DNA from: a virus
Taxonomy: Duplodnaviria; Caudoviricetes
IMG/VR virus record: IMGVR_UViG_3300045996_004591
Location: 1,462 to 65,461 of that record
Length of the DNA: 64,000 nucleotides
Strand: one strand, 5' to 3'
Shown: positions 47,001-55,664 of the stretch, piece after piece
Layout: each line of letters starts with the position of its first letter
Numbering within the stretch: position 1 is the first letter of the stretch
Notes under the pieces: generated by a model
The model's input: the letters and a program-made list of their open reading frames with translations, nothing else
Databases searched by the model: none
What the model was told of the DNA's origin: nothing
Position numbers and translations under genes: made by a program

Positions 47001-50000
47001 CAACTATGTGCCCGGCATCGGGATTGCCGCGGCCAAGCGCCAGAACCTCAAGCCCACCAAGAGCACGGCGACCAAGTCGCCCATCTTCAAGCGCCGCGTG
47101 GTCGACAGCCGCAAGGCCGTGCAGAAGGTGGAGACGCCTGCCGATGCGCTGGCCGTTTCGATGGCCGAGCGCGGCAAGCTCGATACCGCCTACATCGGCA
47201 AGCTGCTGGGCAAGGCGCCCGAGGACGTGCTGGGCGAGTTGAGCACCGGCGCCAAGCCGCTGCTGTTCCTGGACCCGGCCACCGACGAATACGTGCTGCG
47301 CGACGCCTACCTGTCGGGCAACGTGCGCGAAAAGCTCGCGCAGGCCAAGGCCGCGGGCTTGTCGACCAACCAGCGTGCGCTCGAGGCGGTGCAGCCGCAC
47401 GACGTCGGCGCCCACGAAATCAGCGCCCGCGTGGGCTCGCCCTGGGTGCCCACGGCGGTCTACGAGGACTTCGCTAAGGAACTGTTCGGCGAGGGCACCA
47501 CCGCCTCGATCAAGTACGTCAAGCTCAATAGCTCCTATGCCGCGTACATTCACGCCGGCTCGGACGTCAACGCCACCAACAAGTGGGGCACGAAAGACTA
47601 CAGCGGCCCGGAACTGATCAGCGCGCTGCTGAACAACCGCACCATCAAGGTCACGTGGACGGACAAGGAAGGCACGCACGTGGACCAGCCGGCCACCGAG
47701 CAGGCCAACCTGAAGGCCCAGGAGATCCGTGAACGCTTTCAGGACTGGCTTTTCAGCGACGCGGCCCGATCCGAAGTGCTGGTACGCGCCTACAACGACA
47801 CCAACAACAACTATGTGACGCGCGAGTACGACGGCACGTGGATGACGTTCCCGGGCAAGGTCCCCAATGACGTGATCAAGTTCCGCAGGCACCAGCGCAA
47901 CGCGATCGCCCGCATCGTGCAGGACCGCACCGCGCTGCTGGACCATGTGGTCGGCGCCGGCAAGACCTTCACCGTGGTGGCCGCCGCAATGGAGCTGCGC
48001 CGCACGGGCCTGGCGCGAAAGCCCATGGTGGCCGTGCCGAACCATCTGGTCAAACAGTGGGCCGCCGACTTCTACCGCCTGTACCCGGGCGCCAACATCC
48101 TCACGGCCACCAAGAAGGACTTCGAGAAGATCAACCGCCGCCGCTTCCTGGCCAAGATCGCCACCGGCGACTGGGACGCCGTGGTCATCGCGCACAGCTC
48201 GTTCGGGTTCATCAAGCCCGGCACCGAGTTCGAGGCCAGCTTCAACGACCGGCAGGTGGCCCTGATCATGGAAACGATCAAGGCCGTGCAGGAAGAAGAA
48301 GGCGACGAGCGCGCCAAGAAGCGCACCGTCAAGCAGTTGGAGGGCATGCAGGAGCGCCTGGAGAACCGCATTGCCAGCCTGCGCGACAAGGCCATGGACG
48401 ATCTGCTGGACTTCGAGCAGTTGGGCGTGGACCAGCTGTTCGTGGACGAAGCGCACATGTTCAAGAACCTGATGTTCTCCACCAAGATGCAGGGTGTGCA
48501 GGGGCTGGGCGACGCCAAGGGCAGCCAGCGCGCCTATGACATGTACGTGAAGTCCCAGGAGGTGATGGAAAAGAACGGCCGCGGGCAGGGGCTGGTGTTC
48601 GCCACCGGCACGCCGGTATCCAATTCGCTGGCCGAGAAGTACCACATGATGCGGTACCTGATGCCCCGGCAGATGCAGGAGCTGGGCTTCCAGAGCTTTG
48701 ACGCCTGGGCCAACACCTTCGCCAGCGTCGAGCAGGTCTGGATGCAAAAGCCCAGCGGCGATGGCTACAAGGCCAGCAACCGCATGAGCAACTTCGTGAA
48801 CGTGCACGAGCTGCTGAAAATGTTCGACCAGGTGGCCGACACGGTCACCATGGACGACATCAAGAAGGCCTACCGCGAGGAAAACGAGGGCAAGGAGTTC
48901 CCCATCCCGCCGCTGAAGACCGGGCGCCGGCAGCCCGTGTCGCTGGTCAAGTCGCCCGCGCAGGAGGCCTACATGGCCGACATCGCCGCGCGCGCGAAGG
49001 TGCTGGAAAGCCGCAAGGGCCCGCCGCAAAAGGGCGAAGACAACATCCTGGTGATCATGGGCGACGCCCGCAAGGCCGCCATGGACGTGCGCCTGGTGGA
49101 CCCGGACGTGACCGAGCGCGAAAAGGGCGGGCGCATTGACAAGGCCGCCGACAACATCCTCACGCGCTATCGCAAGTTCAACGCCGTGCGCGGCACCCAG
49201 CTGGTGTTCTCCGACCTGGGCACGCCCAAGAAGCACGCCCAGGCCGAACTGAAGGAGTACGACGCGCTGCAGGCCCGCATCGACGCGGCAACCGACGACG
49301 TGCGGCTGCGCGCATCGCTGGGCGCCGAGGAAGCCCAGGCGCTGGTGGATGACGCCGAGGATGCCCAGGAGGCCATGGACAAGCAGGGTCCGGACTGGCT
49401 CACCGCCGTCAAGGCCGCCCAGCGCGGTTTCAGCGTCTACGACGACTTGAAGGATGCGCTCATCGGGCGCGGCATCCCCGAGCACGAAGTCGCCTTCATC
49501 CACGACTACAACACCGACGAGCGCAAGGCTACCTTGTTCCGCAAGGTCAACGCCGGCGAGGTGCGGGTGGTGATCGGCTCCACCGCCAAGATGGGCGCGG
49601 GCACCAACGTGCAGGAGCGCGCCGTCGCGCTGCACCATCTGGATGTGCCGTGGCGCCCGTCGGACGTGGAACAGCGCGAGGGCCGTATCGAGCGGCAGGG
49701 CAACAAGCTGCTGGAGGAAATCCCGGGCTTCGAGGTAGAAATCCTGGCCTACGTGACGCAGGACACGCTGGACATGCGCATGTGGCAAATCCAGGAGGTC
49801 AAGCTCAAGATGATCAACCAGCTGCGCACGCGGCAGATTGACCGGGACATCGACAACGCCTTCGAGGATATGGAAATGTCGGCCGGCGAAATGCAGGCAG
49901 CGGCGACCGGCAACATGGATTTGCTGCTGGAGATCCAGGCCCGCGCGGACATCAAGAAGCTCGAGCAGAAGGCGCGCAGCTTCGACGCGCAAAAGAGCGA

Positions 50001-53000
50001 CCTCATCAACCGCAAGAGAAGCGCCGCCGCCCGGCTCGCGCAGCTGCCCGCGCAGATCAAGAGCGCCGAGGTGCTGGCCGAGGGCTCCACGCAGTACGCG
50101 CAGGCGATCGAGAAGCAGACCGCTGCTTTCAGCGTCAACCTGGACGGCACGGACTTCACTGACCGCCAAGCCGCCAGCGCGTACCTGCTGGAGAAAATCG
50201 ACGCGCGCATTGCCGACCCGGACAAGAAGCCCGGCGAGGATGGTGAGCCGGCTACCAAGGCCGCACCGCTGGACGTGAGCATGAACGGCGAGCGCTACAC
50301 GGCGCGCGCCAAGCTGCAGGAGGCCTGGAGCAACGCCGCCGGCGACCGCGACCCCATCCAGTGGCAGTACGAGGGCAAGACCTACAACCGCCGCAGCGCG
50401 ATCGCCACGGCCATCCGGCAGCCCGTGGCCGACGCGTTGGCCGACGAAACGCAGGTGGTGCTCGGCAAGATCGGGCCGTTCGACGTGATCGGCGAGGGCC
50501 AGCAAAGCAAGTTATGGGGCTCCATGATCGAAGTCGTTCTCTCCTACAAGGGCGAGAAGATGGACAGCACGTTCAGCGCGGGCGAGAAGCCTGACACGCT
50601 GAAGATGGCCGAGCAGATCGCCTCATGGGCTGACCGCAAGGCCTATGGCGCCAAGTTCGAGCTCCAGCACCTGCAGGGCAGCCTGCGCAGCGCGCAAGAA
50701 GCCGCCGCCGATCTGGAAAAGGCCGAAGACCTGGGCGAGTGGCCCGACCGGCCCAAGCTGGAGGCCGCGCGCGAGAAGCACAAGGCGATTCTGGCCCGCC
50801 TGAACGGCGCCGGCGCCAAGCCCTTGACCGAGGCCGGCGACTACGACCCGGCCGGCGACAGCTCCGAGGCGGGCAACACCACGGACGTGGTCTTCTCCAA
50901 GAAGCCCGACACCGCCAGTCAGCGCGCCGCCGATGCGGCCACCCGCATGCAGCCCAGCGCCGTGCAGCAGGCCGTCTCCGAACTGACCCGCGACTGGCTG
51001 CGCAAGCCGGAAATCGTCATCCTGGAGAACATGCGCGACGATAAGGTACCGGCCGCGGTGCAGCGGGAATACCAGCGCCAGGAAAGCCAAGGCGGCTCAG
51101 GCGATGTTCAAGGCTTCCACATGAGCGGCACGGTTTACATCGTGTCCGACTCGATGAGGAACGCCCGGGACGTGCAGGAGGTGCTGTTCCATGAATCGCT
51201 GGGCCACTTCGGCATGCGCGGCTTCTTCGGCAAGGCGCTGAACCCGATGCTCGAGGAAATCGTCGCTACCCGGAAGTTCCAGGTGGCCAAGAAGGCGCGC
51301 GAGTACGGGCTGGACATGAGCAAGGGCGCCGACCGGCTGATGGCGGCTGAGGAAGTGCTGGCCGAGCTGGCGCAGACCCGGCCCGAGTTGAGCATCGTGC
51401 AGCGCGCCATTGCGGCGATCCGCACGTGGCTGCGCGAGCACGTGGCCGCGTTCAAGGACTTGGCGCTGACGGACGCGGAAATCATCAACCGCTTCATCCT
51501 GCCGGCGCGCGGCTTCGTGGAGCGCGGCACCTCGGGCAAGGCGACGTTCACCCGCGGGCCGGCAAGCCGTCCGCAGGCATCGCTTGAACCCCGCACCGAC
51601 CGGGTGCAGTTCAGCAAAAAGTCCGTCTTGACCGGCCAGGACATCCCCAGCACGTGGCAGGGCCCGGACGCCTCCAAGCTGGACGACGTGATCTATTCGA
51701 TGCAGGACAAGCACGTCGACACCCGCCGGGTGGTGCAGGCGGTGCGCGCGGCGATCGGCACCATTGACGACCAGCAGGACCCGTACCTGCAGGAAGAGCT
51801 GTTCCACGGCCGCGCCGCAATGGCCACCAAGGAGTTCCTGGAAAAGAGCCTGCGCCCGCTGCTGAACGACCTGCAGGCGCGCAAGGTGGATATGTCCGAC
51901 CTCGAGGAATACCTACACAACCGGCACGCCGAGCGCCGCAACATCCAGGTGGCCAAGGTCAACCCGGCCATGCCCGACGGCGGCTCCGGGATCAAGACGG
52001 CCGACGCCCGTGCCTACCTGGCCGCTCTGCCGGCCGACAAGCGCGCCGCCTACCAGGCGCTGGCGCAGCGGGTGGACGCCATCAACCGCGAGACCCGGGC
52101 CCTGCTGGTGTCCTCCGGGTTGGAAAAGCAATCCACCATCGACGCCTGGCAAGCCGCCTACGGGGATGAGTACGTGCCCCTGATGCGCGAGGACATGGAC
52201 AACGCCTCCACCGGCATCGGCCAGGGCTACAGCGTCAAGGGCAGCGCCAGCAAGCGCGCGCTGGGCAGCAACAAGCCGGTGGCCAACATCATCGCCAACA
52301 TCGCGCTGCAGCGGGAAAAGACCATCACCCGGGCCGAAAAGCGCCGCATCGGCGAGGCGGTGTACGGCCTGGCCCTGAAGGCGCCGAACCCGGAGTTCTG
52401 GTTCGCGGTGGATCCGAAGCTGCAGCAAAACCCGGCCAACGTCACCGCGGCGGCCATCCAGTTGATCAGCATGGGGCTGGACCCGATGGACGCGGCCAGC
52501 ATCGCCAAGGAGCCGACCCAAAGCTACATCGACCCGACCACCAAGCAGGTGACCCAGCGCATCAACCCGGCGCTGCGCAGCATGAACAACGTGCTGGCCG
52601 TTCGGGTGGACGGCGAGGACAAGTTCGTTTTCTTCAACCAGAAGGACGAGCGCGCGATGCGCATGGCCACGGCCTTGAAGAACCTGGACGCCGACCAGCT
52701 GGGCACCGTCATGGGCACAGTGGCCAAGATGACTCGGTATTTCTCGGCCATCAACACCCAGTACAACCCGATCTTCGGGGTGACCAACATCACGCGGGAC
52801 GTGCAGACGGCCCTCCTGAACCTCAACTCGACGCCCTTGAAGGACCACAAGGCCGAGGTGATGAAGCACATCCTGCCGGCGCTGCGCGGGATCTACATCG
52901 ACCTGCGCGACCACCGAGCCGGCAAGCAGCCGACGTCCTCCTACGCGCAGATCTTCGAAGAGTTCCAGCGCGAGGGCGGGGCCACGGGCTACCGCGATAT

Positions 53001-54333
53001 GTACGCCAACGCCAAGGACCGGGCCGAGGCGATCGCCGACGAGCTCAAGGCGATCAAGCAGGGCAGGGCCATGAGCGTGGGCCGCGGCATCATGGGCTGG
53101 CTGTCCGACTACAACGAGTCGATGGAGAACGCCGTGCGCGTCTCGGCCTACAAGGTGGGCAAGGAGCAGGGCCTGTCCAACCAGCAGGCCGCGAGCCTGG
53201 CCAAGAACCTGACGGTGAACTTCAACCGCAAGGGGCAGGTGGCGCTGCAGGCCGGTGCGCTCTATGCGTTCTTCAATGCTTCGGTTCAGGGCACGGCGCG
53301 GATTGCGCAGACCGTGTTCGCCGACGGCAAGCTGTCCGCCACGGGCCAGAAGATCATGGCCGGCGGGCTGCTGCTGGGTGCGATGCAGGCGCTGCTGCTG
53401 GCCGCCGCGGGCTTCGATGACGACGAGCCGCCGGACTTCGTGCGCGAGCGCAGTCTGGTGTTCCCGGTGGGCGGCGGCAAGTACGTGTCCATCCCCATGC
53501 CGCTGGGCTTTCACGTCATCCCCAACCTGGGGCGGATCCCGACCGAATGGGCGATGGGCGGATTCAAGAACACACCCAAGCGCATCGGGCAGATGGTGGG
53601 CCTGTTCGCCGACGCCTTCAACCCGATGGGCTCGGCCGGGCTGTCGCTGCAGACCCTGACCCCGACCATCATCGACCCGCTGGCCGCGCTGTCGGAGAAC
53701 AAGGACTGGAGTGGCCGGCCGATCGCCAAGAAGGACTTCGATGCGATGCACCCGACGGCAGGGCACACCCGGGCGCGCGATACCGCCACCCCTTGGGCGC
53801 GGCTCATGTCCTACGGGATGAATGCGCTCACGGGCGGGACCGACTTCAAGCCGGGCGTGGCCAGCCCGATGCCGGACCAGATCGACTATCTGATCGGCCA
53901 GGTCACCGGCGGCGTGGGCCGCGAGGTGGGCAAGCTCTCGCAGGTGGCCAGCGGAACCCTGTCGGGCGAAGAAGTGCCGATGCACAAGATCCCGCTGGTC
54001 GGGCGCTTCGTGGGCACCACCGAGGGCCAGTCTGCGGAGTCCTCGCGCTTCTACAACAACCTGCGTGAGCTCGGAGCGCACAAGGTCGAGATCGACGGGC
54101 TGCGCAAGGAGAACCGGGGAGCCGAGGTGCTGGGCTACATCCGGGACAACCCGGCCGCGGCGCTGGTGCCGATGGCCGAGCGGGCCCACCGGGAGGTCGC
54201 CAAGCTGCAGGCGGCCAAGCGGGCGCTGATCAACAAGGGCACGCCGCCCGACCAGGTGAAGTTCCTGGACATGCGCGCCACCTCGATGATGAAGGCGCTG
54301 AACGAACGGGTGCGGACGACTGAGGGGGGTTAG
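41059..54333 (+). CDS. Giant polyvalent ejection-type protein: LDT-like + DarB-like N6 MTase/SNF2 helicase + zincin-like + LPD38-like
   Basis: VHAAW..ISYGCIN; LEGGAGVGNF and GNPPF; VGAGKT, DEAH, TGT, QREGRIERQG; HESLGH; C-terminal LPD38-like region. Confidence 0.9.
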   Translation: MADTNPFADPNFGADAANPFSDPSFGKPSGAIRRLADKAVGFGAGAAGATKAIADVAGAGNPVSGVLDSATRGLNSLLSPEAQADQAQQQAIMAEANGKGLWEGVKAGARAFGVAPVQTAVTGLGSVVPTVAAGLATGGASVPASLATMGAIGLAQGAGTVKGAIYDDVRERSTDAGMSPEDAQAAATRAQEFSGPNAGNIAIGAGLGVGDALTGVTKVATSMLRRGVGKAALAEGSTRGVMARTGLGIAGEMPLEIAQGGQEKYAANVASARQGFDVDPMEGVAAQGTLEGLAAAGPGAAFGAFNKAHPALVTPPPPAAPPAGPMTAALIAGGQWKALGVADPQDDLARQKRISETGQAWQDIAPTTPAEDLAAQKPLEQRASEEAGAAASRATDERIAAVGKQWQDLGITDPSTDLQRQRAGLTPAEERGVDANAGPLSGAAAMALNAGVTQGMEAQNAETANDITDGGTPFKGAIPARRAADKAGEGWSVVKVQDGYVVRPSPEVVRTAESGKPTEPAKATDAKATAAQSAPAAAAPVPETGRTATALSPAPVPAAGPAGTGADANPALKGVPNGQRQGEGTPPAGVGAARVQPGPDRAQPPAVRTEAPGKTADAAGAAGGATQGAKPLTLGSMPNQAEPVTVKDGVIHVGKLPALNFDTGAPIVAPRDATATQIKQLLKDAGAVGNRQRFFGGTEQTSAAQPQSQDTQTPVAARPGPQKAEAGAAAAPAGNTAGVEAAGVARPANWRTNFMVATQVAKSVGIPYEQGRKLADLVAMVDAKDGKAPPNESDQDRSNREFAENYGRVTGNIKASTDKEIDRAIMFSEKQFSNLQPKAWAGDEQAKRMMTAYEQEAEGLKQEQRIRKGQDPVTGKKPVTPQVPPAASANTVFTQDAAAVARALIKARLAKPAATTDTTPAAEVLRGAVDVMPAADKATLEAHYGEKPGTAAFFDRVRDDVATFVNKGAAAIASGIRSIIKSLAEGVLALGIVFNPMGLKTDYSFDLPAVHKQTITQTRQVKAEPPLEAIAGMSGPAITVYENMAPTAKTSGKGFIIADKPAGMMHVFAADGSLIAQDTALYGKDKGDRMGVSSLKGGPKVTPAGGFALRWAESEYAGGQQLELVGSEDADGAVIAVHAAWLGDPKEKRAERLASLTADDNRISYGCINSAHDTFLNKVLPEAPNLDGGMAFVLPDESDAGALFPAGTTTETTTIEAAERNAREGTVGGQQMGMGGRARTATRSGTPPRGLDPELTQAGITMAGFHIEGGSPTFASYARAMLDDLGEAVRPYLKSWYMAVKYDPRAGDFSAKMSTAGFVEEFDLAHIAAPSDSPAVEKSGPSADTGDSNAAATRRLDQSGTSPLEGIPSGDVRAPAGKRPAGAGAAGGRNGDQPGGGRADPAGRDLAGGLGADPGAVPVSPRGNADAAPAGKPGVQGPQGADARPGRAEDAGREVAPNAPPIPAPQYTPPADFTIDAELALGEGGQKTKFRNNVAAITLLKKLLAEGLQASADEQQVLAKYVGWGGLPQAFDANNREWANEHAQLKELLDDKEFSAARRSTRYAHYTSREIIQDGIYAALRRFGFTGGRALEGGAGVGNFIGLMPQDLRAAGRVTAIEREPIAAGIARNLYPNQSVQLANFTEFKGTDGYFDVAIGNPPFASDPQTDRSGRKHLSGLSLHNYFFAKEVDMLREGGILAQVVTNSFLDAAGDKARSYISDRTRFLGAIRLPNNAFSKNAGTEVTTDLIFLQKRPEAEWGTKATRAEAKAWLDVVKVTDARKGVALNINQYFKDHPEMMLGDFGAHGTMYGPDQPALVARKGQDTLAMLKEAVKRLPDAVYVDRATLGTDAAVDAAIKALTRPPVQEGGFFVDEQGILTQRVNDIAGEARGREINAETQWTAKTKLGEAGAAKIRSLAAMRVTLRSLLAAELADEVDKATALRAQLNTQYDGYTKEHGLLNDTATARVFDDDPDFPLLLSLEHNYVPGIGIAAAKRQNLKPTKSTATKSPIFKRRVVDSRKAVQKVETPADALAVSMAERGKLDTAYIGKLLGKAPEDVLGELSTGAKPLLFLDPATDEYVLRDAYLSGNVREKLAQAKAAGLSTNQRALEAVQPHDVGAHEISARVGSPWVPTAVYEDFAKELFGEGTTASIKYVKLNSSYAAYIHAGSDVNATNKWGTKDYSGPELISALLNNRTIKVTWTDKEGTHVDQPATEQANLKAQEIRERFQDWLFSDAARSEVLVRAYNDTNNNYVTREYDGTWMTFPGKVPNDVIKFRRHQRNAIARIVQDRTALLDHVVGAGKTFTVVAAAMELRRTGLARKPMVAVPNHLVKQWAADFYRLYPGANILTATKKDFEKINRRRFLAKIATGDWDAVVIAHSSFGFIKPGTEFEASFNDRQVALIMETIKAVQEEEGDERAKKRTVKQLEGMQERLENRIASLRDKAMDDLLDFEQLGVDQLFVDEAHMFKNLMFSTKMQGVQGLGDAKGSQRAYDMYVKSQEVMEKNGRGQGLVFATGTPVSNSLAEKYHMMRYLMPRQMQELGFQSFDAWANTFASVEQVWMQKPSGDGYKASNRMSNFVNVHELLKMFDQVADTVTMDDIKKAYREENEGKEFPIPPLKTGRRQPVSLVKSPAQEAYMADIAARAKVLESRKGPPQKGEDNILVIMGDARKAAMDVRLVDPDVTEREKGGRIDKAADNILTRYRKFNAVRGTQLVFSDLGTPKKHAQAELKEYDALQARIDAATDDVRLRASLGAEEAQALVDDAEDAQEAMDKQGPDWLTAVKAAQRGFSVYDDLKDALIGRGIPEHEVAFIHDYNTDERKATLFRKVNAGEVRVVIGSTAKMGAGTNVQERAVALHHLDVPWRPSDVEQREGRIERQGNKLLEEIPGFEVEILAYVTQDTLDMRMWQIQEVKLKMINQLRTRQIDRDIDNAFEDMEMSAGEMQAAATGNMDLLLEIQARADIKKLEQKARSFDAQKSDLINRKRSAAARLAQLPAQIKSAEVLAEGSTQYAQAIEKQTAAFSVNLDGTDFTDRQAASAYLLEKIDARIADPDKKPGEDGEPATKAAPLDVSMNGERYTARAKLQEAWSNAAGDRDPIQWQYEGKTYNRRSAIATAIRQPVADALADETQVVLGKIGPFDVIGEGQQSKLWGSMIEVVLSYKGEKMDSTFSAGEKPDTLKMAEQIASWADRKAYGAKFELQHLQGSLRSAQEAAADLEKAEDLGEWPDRPKLEAAREKHKAILARLNGAGAKPLTEAGDYDPAGDSSEAGNTTDVVFSKKPDTASQRAADAATRMQPSAVQQAVSELTRDWLRKPEIVILENMRDDKVPAAVQREYQRQESQGGSGDVQGFHMSGTVYIVSDSMRNARDVQEVLFHESLGHFGMRGFFGKALNPMLEEIVATRKFQVAKKAREYGLDMSKGADRLMAAEEVLAELAQTRPELSIVQRAIAAIRTWLREHVAAFKDLALTDAEIINRFILPARGFVERGTSGKATFTRGPASRPQASLEPRTDRVQFSKKSVLTGQDIPSTWQGPDASKLDDVIYSMQDKHVDTRRVVQAVRAAIGTIDDQQDPYLQEELFHGRAAMATKEFLEKSLRPLLNDLQARKVDMSDLEEYLHNRHAERRNIQVAKVNPAMPDGGSGIKTADARAYLAALPADKRAAYQALAQRVDAINRETRALLVSSGLEKQSTIDAWQAAYGDEYVPLMREDMDNASTGIGQGYSVKGSASKRALGSNKPVANIIANIALQREKTITRAEKRRIGEAVYGLALKAPNPEFWFAVDPKLQQNPANVTAAAIQLISMGLDPMDAASIAKEPTQSYIDPTTKQVTQRINPALRSMNNVLAVRVDGEDKFVFFNQKDERAMRMATALKNLDADQLGTVMGTVAKMTRYFSAINTQYNPIFGVTNITRDVQTALLNLNSTPLKDHKAEVMKHILPALRGIYIDLRDHRAGKQPTSSYAQIFEEFQREGGATGYRDMYANAKDRAEAIADELKAIKQGRAMSVGRGIMGWLSDYNESMENAVRVSAYKVGKEQGLSNQQAASLAKNLTVNFNRKGQVALQAGALYAFFNASVQGTARIAQTVFADGKLSATGQKIMAGGLLLGAMQALLLAAAGFDDDEPPDFVRERSLVFPVGGGKYVSIPMPLGFHVIPNLGRIPTEWAMGGFKNTPKRIGQMVGLFADAFNPMGSAGLSLQTLTPTIIDPLAALSENKDWSGRPIAKKDFDAMHPTAGHTRARDTATPWARLMSYGMNALTGGTDFKPGVASPMPDQIDYLIGQVTGGVGREVGKLSQVASGTLSGEEVPMHKIPLVGRFVGTTEGQSAESSRFYNNLRELGAHKVEIDGLRKENRGAEVLGYIRDNPAAALVPMAERAHREVAKLQAAKRALINKGTPPDQVKFLDMRATSMMKALNERVRTTEGG
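42788..42955 (+). CDS. Overprinted +1-frame ORF, 55-aa basic helical protein
   Basis: AAGGGAG SD; G/C third-position bias in the +1 frame; MVSDKEKVRHLLESARR. Confidence 0.5.
   Translation: MVSDKEKVRHLLESARRESNLALIERNRRQYEQKRQARRLMQQALQAAQRKEPSR
45104..45424 (+). CDS. Overprinted +1-frame ORF, 106-aa TnpV-like protein
   Basis: GGAGA SD; codon bias switches to the +1 frame; HWKEYRPAMYARLQESGRLEQEL. Confidence 0.7.
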   Translation: MPQQHAAWISQARAHWKEYRPAMYARLQESGRLEQELQEAATATSQAVAVLTRQGATWQEAWEQTREQYLFPPEETPTQRQPESLGFKAHKGLMRDLGELKMPGEK

Positions 54334-54485
54334 CGCAGGAAGGGCCAGATCATGGCCAGCACCGGGGAGGCGAGCAGCAGGCCGATCAGGACCAGCCAGG
54401 TCGCCTGCATCTTGTCCTTGTCCACCCGGGCGACGTACCACAGCACGCCGCACCAGACGATGGCCAGGATGATCAGTTCGGGCAT
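54330..54485 (-). CDS. Small two-TM protein convergent on the giant gene
   Basis: TACAAT 6 nt before ATG; MPELIILAIVWCGVLWYV... Confidence 0.6.
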   Translation of the reverse strand: MPELIILAIVWCGVLWYVARVDKDKMQATWLVLIGLLLASPVLAMIWPFLR

Positions 54486-54506
54486 CCCCGCATTGTAGCC
54501 AGCGAA

Positions 54507-54549
54507 CCCCCCAGTCCGGGATGACTGCGCCGCCTGCCGGCCCGACAGT
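54507..54549 (+). promoter_or_regulatory. Late promoter 4 (CCCCCCAGTCCGG + GACAGT)
   Basis: Same motif and spacing. Confidence 0.75.
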
Positions 54550-54589
54550 GCGGTCATGGCTTGCATGCTCAACACTGCCGGGGTTTCCC

Positions 54590-55189
54590 ATGGATAGGCT
54601 CGACTTGGAGTTTGTCCAGGGCAAGACGTTCACCAAGGTGATTCGCTGGGAGACTGAGCCCTTCATCTACAAGGCCATTTCCAGCATTTCCAAGGCGGGC
54701 CCGGCGCGCATCGTCACTATGGTGGACCACACGGTTCCCGACGGCTGGCGCGTGGCGGTGGTCTCTGCCGGTGGCATGCGCCAGATCAACGCGGCCAACA
54801 ACCCCCCGAAGGAGCGCGACTTCAAGCGCGCCACGGCCATCAACGCCACCACGGTGGACCTGAACACCGTCAACAGCTCCGAGTACAGCACCTACACCTC
54901 GGGCGGTTACCTGCAGTTCTACACCCCGGCGAGCCTGGCCGGCTGCACGGCGCGGCTGGTGGTTAAGAACCGGGTGGGCGGCACCGTGCTGCTCACGCTG
55001 ACCCATCTGAGCGGCATCACCTTGAACGATGCCGACAAAACCATCACGGTGACCTTCACCGCTGCCGCCTCTGCCGCATACACCTGGACGCGCGGGGTGT
55101 ACGAGCTGGAGATCGAGGACGCCGACGGCGTTGTCACTGGCCTTTACTACGGTTCCATTCACGTCACCCCCGAGGTGGCAACAGCCTGA
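54590..55189 (+). CDS. Tail protein (BppU N-terminal-like fold)
   Basis: LEFVQGKTF...LAGCTARL...GVYELEI. Confidence 0.7.
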   Translation: MDRLDLEFVQGKTFTKVIRWETEPFIYKAISSISKAGPARIVTMVDHTVPDGWRVAVVSAGGMRQINAANNPPKERDFKRATAINATTVDLNTVNSSEYSTYTSGGYLQFYTPASLAGCTARLVVKNRVGGTVLLTLTHLSGITLNDADKTITVTFTAAASAAYTWTRGVYELEIEDADGVVTGLYYGSIHVTPEVATA

Positions 55190-55206
55190 TCTAAGGAGTT
55201 CCCACC

Positions 55207-55635
55207 ATGTCCATTTCCAACACCACTGAGAACGCGATTCTCGACCTGATCTTCTCGGCGACCACTTGGGCGAACTACGCGATCAACGCGACGGCTTCGC
55301 CCGAAACCAACATCATCACCACACTGAACACCGCCGACCCGGGCGATGCCGGCACTGGCTCGACCAGTGAGGTGACCTATACCTCGTATGCCCGCGTCAA
55401 CGTGGCGCGCTCAACCGGGTTCGGGGCGGCCTCTGGCGGCAGTGTGTCGCCGGCGGCGGCCATCACCTTCCCGGCGGGTACCGGCGGGTCCGGCACCGCG
55501 ACCCACTTCAACTTCACCAAGTCAGGCGGCGGCGCCAGCGTGAACATCGTGTCGGGCACCGTGACCCCCAACATAGTCACCGGCAACGGGGTCACCCCGC
55601 AGTTGTCCACCGCCACCGCAGTCACCCTGGACTAA
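55207..55635 (+). CDS. Small tail-fibre-associated protein
   Basis: ENAILDLIF, LNTADPGDAG, SYARVNV. Confidence 0.75.
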   Translation: MSISNTTENAILDLIFSATTWANYAINATASPETNIITTLNTADPGDAGTGSTSEVTYTSYARVNVARSTGFGAASGGSVSPAAAITFPAGTGGSGTATHFNFTKSGGGASVNIVSGTVTPNIVTGNGVTPQLSTATAVTLD

Positions 55636-55664
55636 TCCGCCCCGCACTCAAGGAGAAAGATGCC

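Noticed and set aside
46831-50505. 1224-aa minus-strand ORF (similar ones at 51913..54666, 38383..40941, 30565..32808, 25676..27619, 23367..25355 and plus-strand 7469..9841)
   Set aside because: Antisense shadows of strongly GC3-biased real genes, with no SD, coupling or recognisable motifs
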